Source: a virus (taxonomy: Duplodnaviria; Caudoviricetes). Taken from it: 64,000 nt of DNA. The stretch is from the IMG/VR virus record IMGVR_UViG_3300031673_000001; one strand, 5' to 3'. A model generated the notes under the pieces. That model saw only the letters and a list, made by a program, of their open reading frames with translations. It had not been told where the DNA came from and ran no database searches. Below are positions 36,630 to 45,293 of this stretch, one piece after another. Numbering within the stretch: position 1 is the stretch's first letter; every line of letters begins with the position of its first letter. Both the position numbers and the translations under genes were made by a program.

Positions 36630-37118
36630 TTAAACTTTCATTTTCAATCTAATAGCTTTTTTAACAGAATTCCAATCTCCATTTTTTATTGTAATTGCTT
36701 TATCATCAATATAAAAATTGGCTCCCAACTTGTCTGAAGTAATTCTATCAAAATAAATTTTATGATCACTTAGATAATTTTCAATATTTTTTATTTCTTT
36801 TAAATGATCTCCACCCATTTCTTCTGCATTTTCTTTTGAAGCTCGAGTTGTAAATATAATAATTTCAAACCCCAAATCTTTCAACCAATCTATTGTCTCT
36901 CTTGCACCATCAAATGGATCATCATAAATTGATCCATCTTGATAACCTTTTGAATACTTATGTATAGTAGCATCAAAGTCAATCATCGCTCGTTTAATTT
37001 TAAACTCACCAGTTTTTTCCGAGAAATATTTAATACGTTTCTTTTTCTTAATAACAGAACCCATAGCAAAAATAGATTCGTTATTTTGTATTTTTTCTAA
37101 ATAATTTGAAATATTCAT
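36630..37118 (-). CDS. HAD-superfamily phosphatase-like protein
   Basis: MIDFDATI (motif I), IIFTTR (motif II), K..A.FYIDDK (motifs III/IV); start placed at ATG 37118 after GGAG. Confidence 0.8.
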   Translation of the reverse strand: MNISNYLEKIQNNESIFAMGSVIKKKKRIKYFSEKTGEFKIKRAMIDFDATIHKYSKGYQDGSIYDDPFDGARETIDWLKDLGFEIIIFTTRASKENAEEMGGDHLKEIKNIENYLSDHKIYFDRITSDKLGANFYIDDKAITIKNGDWNSVKKAIRLKMKV

Positions 37119-37151
37119 AAATTCAAATGCTCCATGAGTGAATATCAACTT

Positions 37152-37166
37152 TATATTTTGTTCTAA
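37152..37166 (-). promoter_or_regulatory. Putative late promoter motif TTAGAACAAAATATA
   Basis: Full motif upstream of the HAD-tube operon. Confidence 0.6.
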
Positions 37167-37199
37167 CAAAATGACCACATCTCGTTTAAAAAAATAGAT

Positions 37200-37222
37200 C
37201 TATATATATTAATAATTGAAAG
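37200..37222 (+). promoter_or_regulatory. Putative second-class promoter CTATATATATTAATAATTGA
   Basis: 19/20 identical to 42207-42226; precedes a + strand unit inside a - strand region. Confidence 0.6.
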
Positions 37223-37265
37223 ATGATCATTTCTATATTTTTAACCCATAATTTAGGAGGATAAA

Positions 37266-37517
37266 ATGATTTATGAAAAACTTAAGTATGTATTACAAGA
37301 AGCTAATCAAAAATGGGATGAAACTAATGAGATAAACAGAGTATTAATTTTAGCAATTCCTATTTTATTGCTTCTATTTATAAACAGACCTCTCTTACTT
37401 GCCTTAGTTATAATATCAGCAGTTCAACGAATATTTTATTACAATGATTATTATAAAGATAAAGAATTTATTAAACCAAAATCAAACTTACCCATTAATA
37501 CTTTAGAAAAAAATTAA
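37266..37517 (+). CDS. Small two-TM membrane protein
   Basis: AGGAGG SD; hydrophobic VLILAIPILLLLFI / LLLALVIISAV. Confidence 0.75.
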   Translation: MIYEKLKYVLQEANQKWDETNEINRVLILAIPILLLLFINRPLLLALVIISAVQRIFYYNDYYKDKEFIKPKSNLPINTLEKN

Positions 37518-37608
37518 TTAAAGATTCAACCAGTTGTTCAATTGGGTTTTAAATAAATTAACATTGAAAAAGAGGAATTACTATGATCATAAGAAATGAG
37601 GAATTACT

Positions 37609-38118
37609 GTGGGTATACATATAACAGACTTTGTTGGTATACCAGAAGATTTTATTATTGAAGATCACATGACAATGCGAGAAAGAATGGGTATTTTTGA
37701 TTATCCCAAACTTATTTCTCTTGAAATAATTAACAAGACAAATGCAGTTATTAAAACAACAGGTTATCTTAGAATTTCAGCAATATTAGCAGAAAATTAT
37801 CAACGAGAAATACAAGCAGTAGCTTCTGCAGCTGCATATTTAATGTGTCTTGATGAATTAGGATTAGTAGTTACTTCATTCAAGAGATTTAGTTTTGAAG
37901 AGTTAACATATCCTAGTAATAAAAGGGAAGGATTTAAAAAATTTATTCACACCATTGAAAAAGGAGAATTGGATATAACCATTCATATAGTCAATATCTT
38001 TCCTCTAATTCAGAATGGTAAATATTATATGGAAAGTGTTATTAAAAATCTTTTAATATTGGATGATATTGAATTAGATCGACAGAGAACCTTAATCGAA
38101 ATTACCGAACTCGATTAA
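37609..38118 (+). CDS. Hypothetical protein
   Basis: GTG start after GAGGA; ends at a bidirectional terminator. Confidence 0.65.
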   Translation: MGIHITDFVGIPEDFIIEDHMTMRERMGIFDYPKLISLEIINKTNAVIKTTGYLRISAILAENYQREIQAVASAAAYLMCLDELGLVVTSFKRFSFEELTYPSNKREGFKKFIHTIEKGELDITIHIVNIFPLIQNGKYYMESVIKNLLILDDIELDRQRTLIEITELD

Positions 38119-38127
38119 ACAACAGCG

Positions 38128-38168
38128 AAAAAAGGACTGACTAGATGCATAAGTCAGTCCTTTTTTTA
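38128..38168. terminator. Bidirectional intrinsic terminator
   Basis: A6-GGACTGACT-agatgcata-AGTCAGTCC-T8 between convergent genes. Confidence 0.9.
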
Positions 38169-38175
38169 CTCAGAT

Positions 38176-40188
38176 TTACTTAATGAAAAAGTTCAACTCA
38201 ATTTTCTCAACCACTCTGGTTGGTTCCAAGGTTACATTAACATGAAAAGTCTTTGTCTTTCTTTCATAATCCGTTGCCCCAACATCAATAGAATATGAAT
38301 CAAGACCTCGTTTGTTTTTTATAACCTCTAGAAACTCTGTTATTGCTCCTCCCACCTGACCCCAGGTAATAGGATCATTCTGTTCAAAGATAAAATATCT
38401 ACAGAATTGCTCAAGTGCTCTCTTACAATATAAAACAAGTCTTACAATATTTAAATCTTGTAATGCACTTGCTTTAGCTTGAGCGGTCAATTGTCCCCAA
38501 ACAACATAACCCGCTGAAAATTGAACAATTGGATTTAGTTGTTTTAGATACATCTGATCCCTTTGTCCAAGACGTGGATTATATCTAAGCTCCTTAATGT
38601 TATCTATTGCACCTCTATTAAATCCAGCAGCTGCAAACCAAAGCTGTGCAATATTGTCATTTCTTGGTAACAAGTATGACATATGATAAATCGGTGAGAA
38701 CCAAATATCTTGTCCTGTAAATGGATCAGATACTTTACTATATGATTCATATAATGATACATAATAATTATTATATGGATGACTACTTGTTCGTGTTGCT
38801 AATGCAGCTGTTACTGATACATTATCTCCATTATCAAGGATGCCAACACAATCTCTTCTAGTCGAACAAAGTGTGCTGATAGCTGTTTTTGTATCTGATG
38901 GATAACCAGCATCATACACAATTGAGAAATAAGTATTTTCTGTATCCAGGACTTCATCCACATAATTTCCATTATTCGGATTTGTTAGAATTCCTGTATA
39001 ACCTTGTTCAAGTAAAGTTGGTGCTGAAGATGCTGCCCAAACTCCAGAAGTATCAGTATTAAGACTTCTATCAAGTTTCCACAATGATCCTTCAGAACCT
39101 TTTCTTAAAGGTTTTGGTTCAGATGAACTAAATGCACTAGCAATATTTGAGTATGATTTCTTAATTGTATATGTAATTGATGAATCAGTATCAAAAGATG
39201 TAAAATCTGAAGATGTTGAATCCGTTGCCCAGGATTGAATTGCTGTATTTAAATCATTGGTTGACCAGACTTCCATTGTCTCACCATCAACACCTGATGA
39301 GTCGCCTAACCATCCATAGATTTCATTTCCTCTTCCATCTTTTGCAATAACTACATAAGATGCAGTCCCTGCTACAGCAGGTTCCCATTCAGAAAAGTCT
39401 TGCTTATTATCTGTAATTGTTGCGGAACCAGATGTTTTTACAACAACTGTTGTTCCAATATCTTTATCATAAGTTTTAACTGCTTGTTCATAACCACTTG
39501 TATAAGCTCCACTTGCAAGTTCCATATCCGCTCTTAAAACAGATGAATATGTTTCAAGAACAGATCCAATAAAAACTGACTCACCAGCTGAATCTACAGC
39601 ATTCGGGTCAAATGAAACTTCAAATGATTCAATTATAACATCATCATCATCCGACTGCTTCTCATATATATCTAGAACATAAACTCCATCTATCGTTGGG
39701 TTTGAGTGTATAGTAAGTCGTATTCCTAAAGAGTTATAATAATCACCTCTTCCAATTGGTCTTAAGAATGCAATTGGATTTTTTAAACCATCAACTTCAA
39801 GATTTGTTGTAATCTCACCTTTTGTATTTAAACTATCAACATAAGTGATTGAAGTTACTGAAGTACCATCACCAACCAATTGATTATCAATTCTAAAATT
39901 AGCGTAAGTAGCATCATCTGGTAATAGACGAATCCAAAATAACGCTCCAGATTCTCCTAAATGATTATATGCTACATATGGACCTTGTCCATAACTCTTT
40001 CCAAAGTCAACAATATTCGGTTCACCAAATTCTGAAATTAGTTCAGATCTTGAACCTAAAAATAGTAATTCATTATCTCTACCTTTATGTGTAAAACCGC
40101 ACAGAAAACCAATGGTTGACGGTACAGCTTGCACAAAAGCAGAGAGATCAATAATCTTGGTATAAACGCCTGGGCTCACATTTGACAT
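38176..40188 (-). CDS. Contractile tail sheath protein (gp18-like)
   Basis: MS..SPGVYTKIIDLS N-terminus; WFAAAGFNRG, LY..Q.NPIV, WGQ.T, LNIVRL..Y, FIFEQND..TW, P.R.VE.I.L.F. Confidence 0.95.
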   Translation of the reverse strand: MSNVSPGVYTKIIDLSAFVQAVPSTIGFLCGFTHKGRDNELLFLGSRSELISEFGEPNIVDFGKSYGQGPYVAYNHLGESGALFWIRLLPDDATYANFRIDNQLVGDGTSVTSITYVDSLNTKGEITTNLEVDGLKNPIAFLRPIGRGDYYNSLGIRLTIHSNPTIDGVYVLDIYEKQSDDDDVIIESFEVSFDPNAVDSAGESVFIGSVLETYSSVLRADMELASGAYTSGYEQAVKTYDKDIGTTVVVKTSGSATITDNKQDFSEWEPAVAGTASYVVIAKDGRGNEIYGWLGDSSGVDGETMEVWSTNDLNTAIQSWATDSTSSDFTSFDTDSSITYTIKKSYSNIASAFSSSEPKPLRKGSEGSLWKLDRSLNTDTSGVWAASSAPTLLEQGYTGILTNPNNGNYVDEVLDTENTYFSIVYDAGYPSDTKTAISTLCSTRRDCVGILDNGDNVSVTAALATRTSSHPYNNYYVSLYESYSKVSDPFTGQDIWFSPIYHMSYLLPRNDNIAQLWFAAAGFNRGAIDNIKELRYNPRLGQRDQMYLKQLNPIVQFSAGYVVWGQLTAQAKASALQDLNIVRLVLYCKRALEQFCRYFIFEQNDPITWGQVGGAITEFLEVIKNKRGLDSYSIDVGATDYERKTKTFHVNVTLEPTRVVEKIELNFFIK

Positions 40189-40191
40189 GAG

Positions 40192-40486
40192 TTAAATCCT
40201 CCTACCTATAACTATTTGTTTATATTCTAAATTTAGATTTTTTTCAACTTTATAAACAACCTTTCTCGATAGATTCTTAGTTCTAACAATTTCTCTATTT
40301 AACTCACGTAAATATCCTTTCCAAATATTTCTACTACCATTAGTAGTCACATGACAACTAATACACAAATAAACCAAATTTCTTCTTCTATTATCTTTCT
40401 TAATGTAATTTATGTGATTGACTAAAATGAGCTTGTAAAGATTTTATTTTAACAAACTCTCTATCACATATTTTACAGTTAAACAT
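40192..40486 (-). pseudogene. Disrupted C2H2-zinc-finger/HNH homing endonuclease remnant
   Basis: ORF 40400-40486 = MFNCKICDREFVKIKSLQAHFSQSHKLH* (canonical C2H2); an overlapping shifted frame reads LVNHINYIKKDNRRRNLVYLCISCH (HNH-like). Confidence 0.65.
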
Positions 40487-41144
40487 AAAGATACCACACA
40501 AAAACTAGTCTTCTATCAGAAGTCTTTACAATTGATGAAAAAGTAATTCTTGCAAATAAGAAAAAATCACCCGCCCAACCTCCAGCATTTGAAGTAGCAG
40601 TAAATAAACCTGCTTCACTCATTTGTTCACCATTTGCATCATCAACTCCGATAGTAACTGTAACTTTTAATATTAACCATTTATCATCATTCAATGGATC
40701 TCTTTCATATTCAATTTGATCAAATGGATGTTTATACCCACTCTCTCCTAAATTTGAATCAGTTGCATTGATCAAAATAGGAGAATTAAGATCCGTATTG
40801 AGCAATGTTGGTGGAACAGGATCTAATGGATCAGCTGGTAAGACTCCACCATCGCCTAAACCAAACCAGCAGAGAAAATGATCTTTTGCATTTTTAGAAG
40901 TAGCTGAAGCATCTGGATTATGCTGTTTTATTAGCATTTGAGCAAGTATTTCTCTTCCATTATAAACAACTAAATTATTTTTTCTTACAAGTTGTCTTTT
41001 CCCATTTTCGTCCACCTCAAAAATATGAACCTCACCAATTGGTCTTCTTTCGGAACTCATATTTCTATTAACAGAGTCTCCTAAACATTCGTCGCCATAA
41101 TGATCATGGACTTCAACTATAGTTGTTTTTACCTTTTTTTCCAT
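40479..41144 (-). CDS. Probable baseplate/tail-fibre attachment protein
   Basis: NLVV..GR, FG.GDGG, SEAGLF, LFARITF..I.KT.D....F.W pattern; start placed at ATG 41144. Confidence 0.55.
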   Translation of the reverse strand: MEKKVKTTIVEVHDHYGDECLGDSVNRNMSSERRPIGEVHIFEVDENGKRQLVRKNNLVVYNGREILAQMLIKQHNPDASATSKNAKDHFLCWFGLGDGGVLPADPLDPVPPTLLNTDLNSPILINATDSNLGESGYKHPFDQIEYERDPLNDDKWLILKVTVTIGVDDANGEQMSEAGLFTATSNAGGWAGDFFLFARITFSSIVKTSDRRLVFVWYLYV

Positions 41145-41189
41145 AATAAATTTCCCTTTATGTTTACTGACAATAGCGTACAAAGTTTG

Positions 41190-41202
41190 TATTTTGTTCT
41201 AA
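41190..41202 (-). promoter_or_regulatory. Putative late promoter motif TTAGAACAAAATA
   Basis: Upstream of the operon that includes the sheath gene. Confidence 0.6.
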
Positions 41203-41230
41203 AAATCTTTTAAGATTAGAAACTAAAACG

Positions 41231-41287
41231 AAAAAAAGGATGCAGCGAAGCAGAGCATATTTTATCTACTCCTAAAAACTGCACCCT
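41231..41287 (-). terminator. Intrinsic terminator, 9-bp stem with 33-nt structured loop
   Basis: AGGGTGCAG...CTGCATCCT (one G-U) followed by a T run on the - strand. Confidence 0.7.
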
Positions 41288-41312
41288 TTATCCCAGCCAC
41301 GGGAATTCTTTA

Positions 41313-42095
41313 TTATTCTAAAAAAGTTCCACAATTAGAACAATACTTAGCTGATGATTTGGACTTTGTTCCACAAATAGAACACGTAAGTACAGCTTTG
41401 ATAGTTAATGGTTGATTAACTTGACCACCACTATTTGTTAAACCGCAAAGTTTAATAATTATAACTTTTGGATCCTCTAATTTACCCATTGAAGTATAAT
41501 TAAAATCCTGATTAATTTGAGATCCTTTTACAGTAATTCCTTCATCCTGGGCAGGTGTTACTCCAAGATCTTCAACATTACAATTAAATGATCTAATATC
41601 AGACATACCTCTTATTACTGATCTATCAGCATCTCCACTTGAATTGTAAGTCCAATCTCCTACAGAACCATAATGAGTATACTTAATAGGACTATCATAA
41701 TGATGGTGTACTTCATTAATAGTTTTAACAATCCAGGGTTCAGCAACTGGTTTTTCAAATGCAAATTCAATTCTTATAAAACCATCTTCAATCTTATCGC
41801 CACGATGCTCTTGAATTTGTTTTGTTTTTTGAATAAATTTAAATCTATTCCTAGCTGTTGTTCCTTTCAAAAAACCAGACAATTCAGTGGTTGTATTTGG
41901 ATCAATGACTAAAGCATTATTGTCTAAAACATCCTGCCCATCAATTTCAATTTTAATGGATGCTCTACGAGTATTCAAATTTTTTAATAATATGGAATAC
42001 TCTGATCCAAAAGGTAGGTAAACAGTATCATCCTTTATTCGAAGAATTTTACCATTCAATTTGAGTTCTGCTACTAACTGATCTTTATATGTCAT
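41313..42095 (-). CDS. Hypothetical protein with beta-rich N-domain and C-terminal double zinc ribbon
   Basis: EYSILLKN....RA...IEIDG.DV; C-terminal CSICG......YCSNCG; AGGAGG SD. Confidence 0.75.
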   Translation of the reverse strand: MTYKDQLVAELKLNGKILRIKDDTVYLPFGSEYSILLKNLNTRRASIKIEIDGQDVLDNNALVIDPNTTTELSGFLKGTTARNRFKFIQKTKQIQEHRGDKIEDGFIRIEFAFEKPVAEPWIVKTINEVHHHYDSPIKYTHYGSVGDWTYNSSGDADRSVIRGMSDIRSFNCNVEDLGVTPAQDEGITVKGSQINQDFNYTSMGKLEDPKVIIIKLCGLTNSGGQVNQPLTIKAVLTCSICGTKSKSSAKYCSNCGTFLE

Positions 42096-42175
42096 TTTAC
42101 TTCCTCCTTTTAACAGGTCACTGACTAAGACCTCGGATTTGCTTAAAGTCAGTTGGTTTATTTATTGCTTACATT

Positions 42176-42187
42176 TATTTGTTCTAA
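42176..42187 (-). promoter_or_regulatory. Putative late promoter motif TTAGAACAAATA
   Basis: Upstream of ORF 41313-42095, back-to-back with the second motif class. Confidence 0.5.
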
Positions 42188-42206
42188 TTATTTAAATACG
42201 ATTCTG

Positions 42207-42230
42207 CTATATATATAAATAATTGATAAG
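42207..42230 (+). promoter_or_regulatory. Putative second-class promoter CTATATATATAAATAATTGA
   Basis: Near-identical to 37200-37219; precedes the ncRNA candidate. Confidence 0.6.
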
Positions 42231-42468
42231 GTAGGAGTTGCGCTGTTTTTTATAAAACTATGCGCTCCGACTTCAGAGCAGGAGACCTATGCTGGTGGGG
42301 GTATTCGGAGCGATCATCTCCGGACTCTATCCCAGTAAGGATGATCTCTCCTGCTCTGATTTTAAAACTAACTATAAGGGGGTGATATTTATGTAAACTA
42401 TGAATGGAAGAGAAGTGACAAAATATTATATTCGATTGTTTTAACCTTATATCACTTCTCTTTTTTTT
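42231..42468 (+). ncRNA. Candidate structured non-coding RNA
   Basis: GC-rich core (55/100 G+C at 42261-42360 by hand count); 13-bp outer stem 42273-42285/42347-42359 with inner helices; promoter motif upstream and terminator downstream. Confidence 0.6.
42409..42468 (+). terminator. Intrinsic terminator, 10-bp stem with 33-nt loop
   Basis: AGAGAAGTGA / TCACTTCTCT followed by a T run. Confidence 0.75.
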
Positions 42469-42475
42469 CTAAACT

Positions 42476-42625
42476 TTATTTAAGTACAGAAACAATTGTT
42501 AATAATATTGCAATAGCTAAAACTCCATAGATCCATTTAACTGGAAATTTACCTAACACCCAACCAAATAAACCTCCGTATAGCACAAGTAAAAGTTCTT
42601 TTACTGGCACATTTCCAATATTCAT
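42476..42625 (-). CDS. 49-aa membrane protein not in the ORF track
   Basis: MNIGNVPVKELLLVLYGGLFGWVLGKFPVKWIYGVLAIAILLTIVSVLK*; AAGGAG SD. Confidence 0.7.
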   Translation of the reverse strand: MNIGNVPVKELLLVLYGGLFGWVLGKFPVKWIYGVLAIAILLTIVSVLK

Positions 42626-42673
42626 ATTATGCTCCTTTGTAATAAAAATTCATTGGTTTATATTTTTATGGTT

Positions 42674-44638
42674 CTATAAAGAACTGGAACTTGAACTACT
42701 AGATGAAGAGACAGAGCTTGATGAGCTACTAGCAAGAACCTGTATTTGTATCCTAGCTTGATCAAATCCCGACATACAATCAAACGTACCGGGTTCATCA
42801 AAATTTGCAAATCCTCCAGTCGTAACTTCCTCATACAAAACTATATAATTTGTTGAATCTGAACACCCTTCAAAAGAAGGATGTGTATATATTAACAGTA
42901 CATCTGTAGAATCTGTACATCGTGGTTCAGCAATGATTCCTACAGACGTACTATCTACTACCAATGTAGATGTGCCATCAGCAATTAGCTCACCTCCTGT
43001 TACCTCATTATAAACAATAGCAGTTGAATCGAAATCTGGTGGGATACATACTAATCTTATATATCGAATTTCCTCTATAAATGGAAAGAAATCAGTCTGT
43101 CTTATATCTGTTACAGCACCAATATCAAAATAAGAATCACAATCATATGTTTCTCTTTGATAAAATAAACTGGTAGTTGAATCATTCAAACAAATTGTAC
43201 AACTATCAGTTGCATCAATATTCTCATGTGTACAGCAAGGATTACCATCTCCTGTTACCCAATCATAAATAGGAAATTCTACTCTTGGAGTTTCAGCATA
43301 ATCCTCTACAATAATCGTATTAAATAAAGGGTTATCAATTTGTAACAACTCAAGTAATAATAATCTTGCTCTATATGGTTTGAAAAAGTTAATAACAGGT
43401 TTAAGATCCTCAAAGAATGAATCTATACCAAACATAATAAAACCCATATTAACAAAACCATATCCAAGGTTGATACGAACCCAAGATGAAAGGTCTTTCA
43501 TTAAACTAAACATTAACTCCGAATCTGTTAATGTGGTAGAATCTAATGCACTCTTCAATGAAGGATTTATTAATGTAAGAAACATTTCAGCATCTAATCT
43601 ATTTTGTAAAAAGTTTCTTGGATTCTCTCTCGTAAATCCATCATAAAATGTTGTAAGACCAGATATAATTCCTGATCTATCTATTGGTCTAGCAGTTGCA
43701 ATTTCAAACTCATCTATTATATCAGTGACATTTGCTACTGAAGTTCCATCATAGCATATAAAACTATCTCCAGTTTGACCAACGTTGTATTGTTTATTAA
43801 ATAAATATACGATTGATAAATAAAGTTCTAATAAAGAAACAACTTCACCTATTTCACTAACTTCAGCATTAGCTGTTGGGACTACACCATTATCTAAATA
43901 ATATTGAAATTGATCTTGTACAAGTCTTATAAGAATTCCAATTTCAGGACCATCAATTGAAGCTACTGGACGAATTCCCAAATAAGGAGTTTTAGATGGT
44001 AAGTTAATATCATTTATTTGTTGAAGTTGTAATATTTGATCTTGAGTATATAACCAGTGAGGATCATTAGCAGTTAATCTATCATAATCAAATGTAAGTT
44101 TGGAAGGATTTGTTGTTGTTCCAGCAATTGCAGTTCCTTCAAAAATTAAAGAGTCCACTGCTTCTAATTTTATAAAAAATTCATATATATCTACTTTTGT
44201 AACACCATAATATTGTAATACTTCAACTATTGCTTGTGGTGTTCCTTTTCTCTTATATAAATTAACAAGATCTAAAAAGAAATTAATTTTTAAATCAATA
44301 GGATTATCGTCAGGTCCTTTTAATTGTGTAGAATGATTAAAACCAAAACTTCTAAATAATTCATCAAGATCAGGATTAGAAAGAGTTTCAACATTTGTTA
44401 TTTTAGAACTTGCAGAAGCAATGGTTTGATGTGCTGCATACCAATCAAGTAAAAAACTTCTCAAACGTAACCAGTCATCTGAACTACTAGGAGGAGCTCC
44501 ACCAAGAACAAAGTCAAAATACAATCCAGCTTTTGCTTTAGAATCTTTAGCAAGAGAATCGAGAACATTAGTCATACCAGCTACAGTGTCTCCACTTGCC
44601 GCAGATAATATGTCCCAAAAGTTGTCTACTGTAAACAA
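42674..44638 (-). CDS. Baseplate wedge / tail protein I-like (gp7-like) with poly-Ser C-terminus
   Basis: LDELF.SFGF ... LVNLYKRKGTPQAI.EVL motif; ends ASSSSSSVSSSSSSSSSL. Confidence 0.62.
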   Translation of the reverse strand: MFTVDNFWDILSAASGDTVAGMTNVLDSLAKDSKAKAGLYFDFVLGGAPPSSSDDWLRLRSFLLDWYAAHQTIASASSKITNVETLSNPDLDELFRSFGFNHSTQLKGPDDNPIDLKINFFLDLVNLYKRKGTPQAIVEVLQYYGVTKVDIYEFFIKLEAVDSLIFEGTAIAGTTTNPSKLTFDYDRLTANDPHWLYTQDQILQLQQINDINLPSKTPYLGIRPVASIDGPEIGILIRLVQDQFQYYLDNGVVPTANAEVSEIGEVVSLLELYLSIVYLFNKQYNVGQTGDSFICYDGTSVANVTDIIDEFEIATARPIDRSGIISGLTTFYDGFTRENPRNFLQNRLDAEMFLTLINPSLKSALDSTTLTDSELMFSLMKDLSSWVRINLGYGFVNMGFIMFGIDSFFEDLKPVINFFKPYRARLLLLELLQIDNPLFNTIIVEDYAETPRVEFPIYDWVTGDGNPCCTHENIDATDSCTICLNDSTTSLFYQRETYDCDSYFDIGAVTDIRQTDFFPFIEEIRYIRLVCIPPDFDSTAIVYNEVTGGELIADGTSTLVVDSTSVGIIAEPRCTDSTDVLLIYTHPSFEGCSDSTNYIVLYEEVTTGGFANFDEPGTFDCMSGFDQARIQIQVLASSSSSSVSSSSSSSSSSL

Positions 44639-44651
44639 GTTTTATCTCCTC

Positions 44652-45293
44652 TTAGTCAAACGTGGTAATATCCGATTCTCTAAGACTCATAAAATCAAAA
44701 TACTGATCCATAACATACATTTCATAGAGAGTTTCTAAAATAGTTCCGTTTGATACTAATGTTGTATTGTTATAATTAGAATAGTTGTCATTAAGTTTTA
44801 AATCTAAATATAAAAAAATTAGCTTTGATAAAATAGTTGATAAATTATTATAAGTCGCATATAAAATATTTGCAGTTGAATCAAAATAAGTTGTGACTGA
44901 ATCAACAATTATTACTCCGGTTGAATCTCCTCTATAAGACAATAAGGCATCCAATAAAGAAAAATCATCAGATTGTAAAGTAAATACATTTGTTCCTTCA
45001 TCATCATCTATAACAAGATACTTAGCTGATATTGGATAAATCATAATTCGATTTTTAACTGTACTTGGCCAACAAGAAATACTTTCTTCTTTATATAAAT
45101 ATTTGTAATTTGGATAAGTAACCGTATCATAATCATCATTAAAAAGAAGAGCTATGAATGAGTTAGGCGATAAATAGACATCCCCAATATCAACCGGCAA
45201 AGGAACCGCATTCTTATTTATTGTTGAACCTAATATAAAGGAATGAGACCACGCTTGTAACTCTCCTACAAGTATAGTAGATGCTAATGTCAT
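44652..45293 (-). CDS. Hypothetical (probable virion) protein
   Basis: 213-aa ORF within the structural operon. Confidence 0.65.
   Translation of the reverse strand: MTLASTILVGELQAWSHSFILGSTINKNAVPLPVDIGDVYLSPNSFIALLFNDDYDTVTYPNYKYLYKEESISCWPSTVKNRIMIYPISAKYLVIDDDEGTNVFTLQSDDFSLLDALLSYRGDSTGVIIVDSVTTYFDSTANILYATYNNLSTILSKLIFLYLDLKLNDNYSNYNNTTLVSNGTILETLYEMYVMDQYFDFMSLRESDITTFD

Noticed and set aside
42273-42359. SRP (4.5S) RNA, tRNA or tmRNA identity for the structured element
   Set aside because: Contains AGCAG but lacks the SRP domain IV arrangement with a GNRA loop; no cloverleaf, T-loop or CCA end.
42260-42385. 41-codon ORF (MRSDFRAGDLCWW...) across the GC-rich element
   Set aside because: No properly spaced SD, atypical composition for this genome, and extensive base pairing explains the GC content better.
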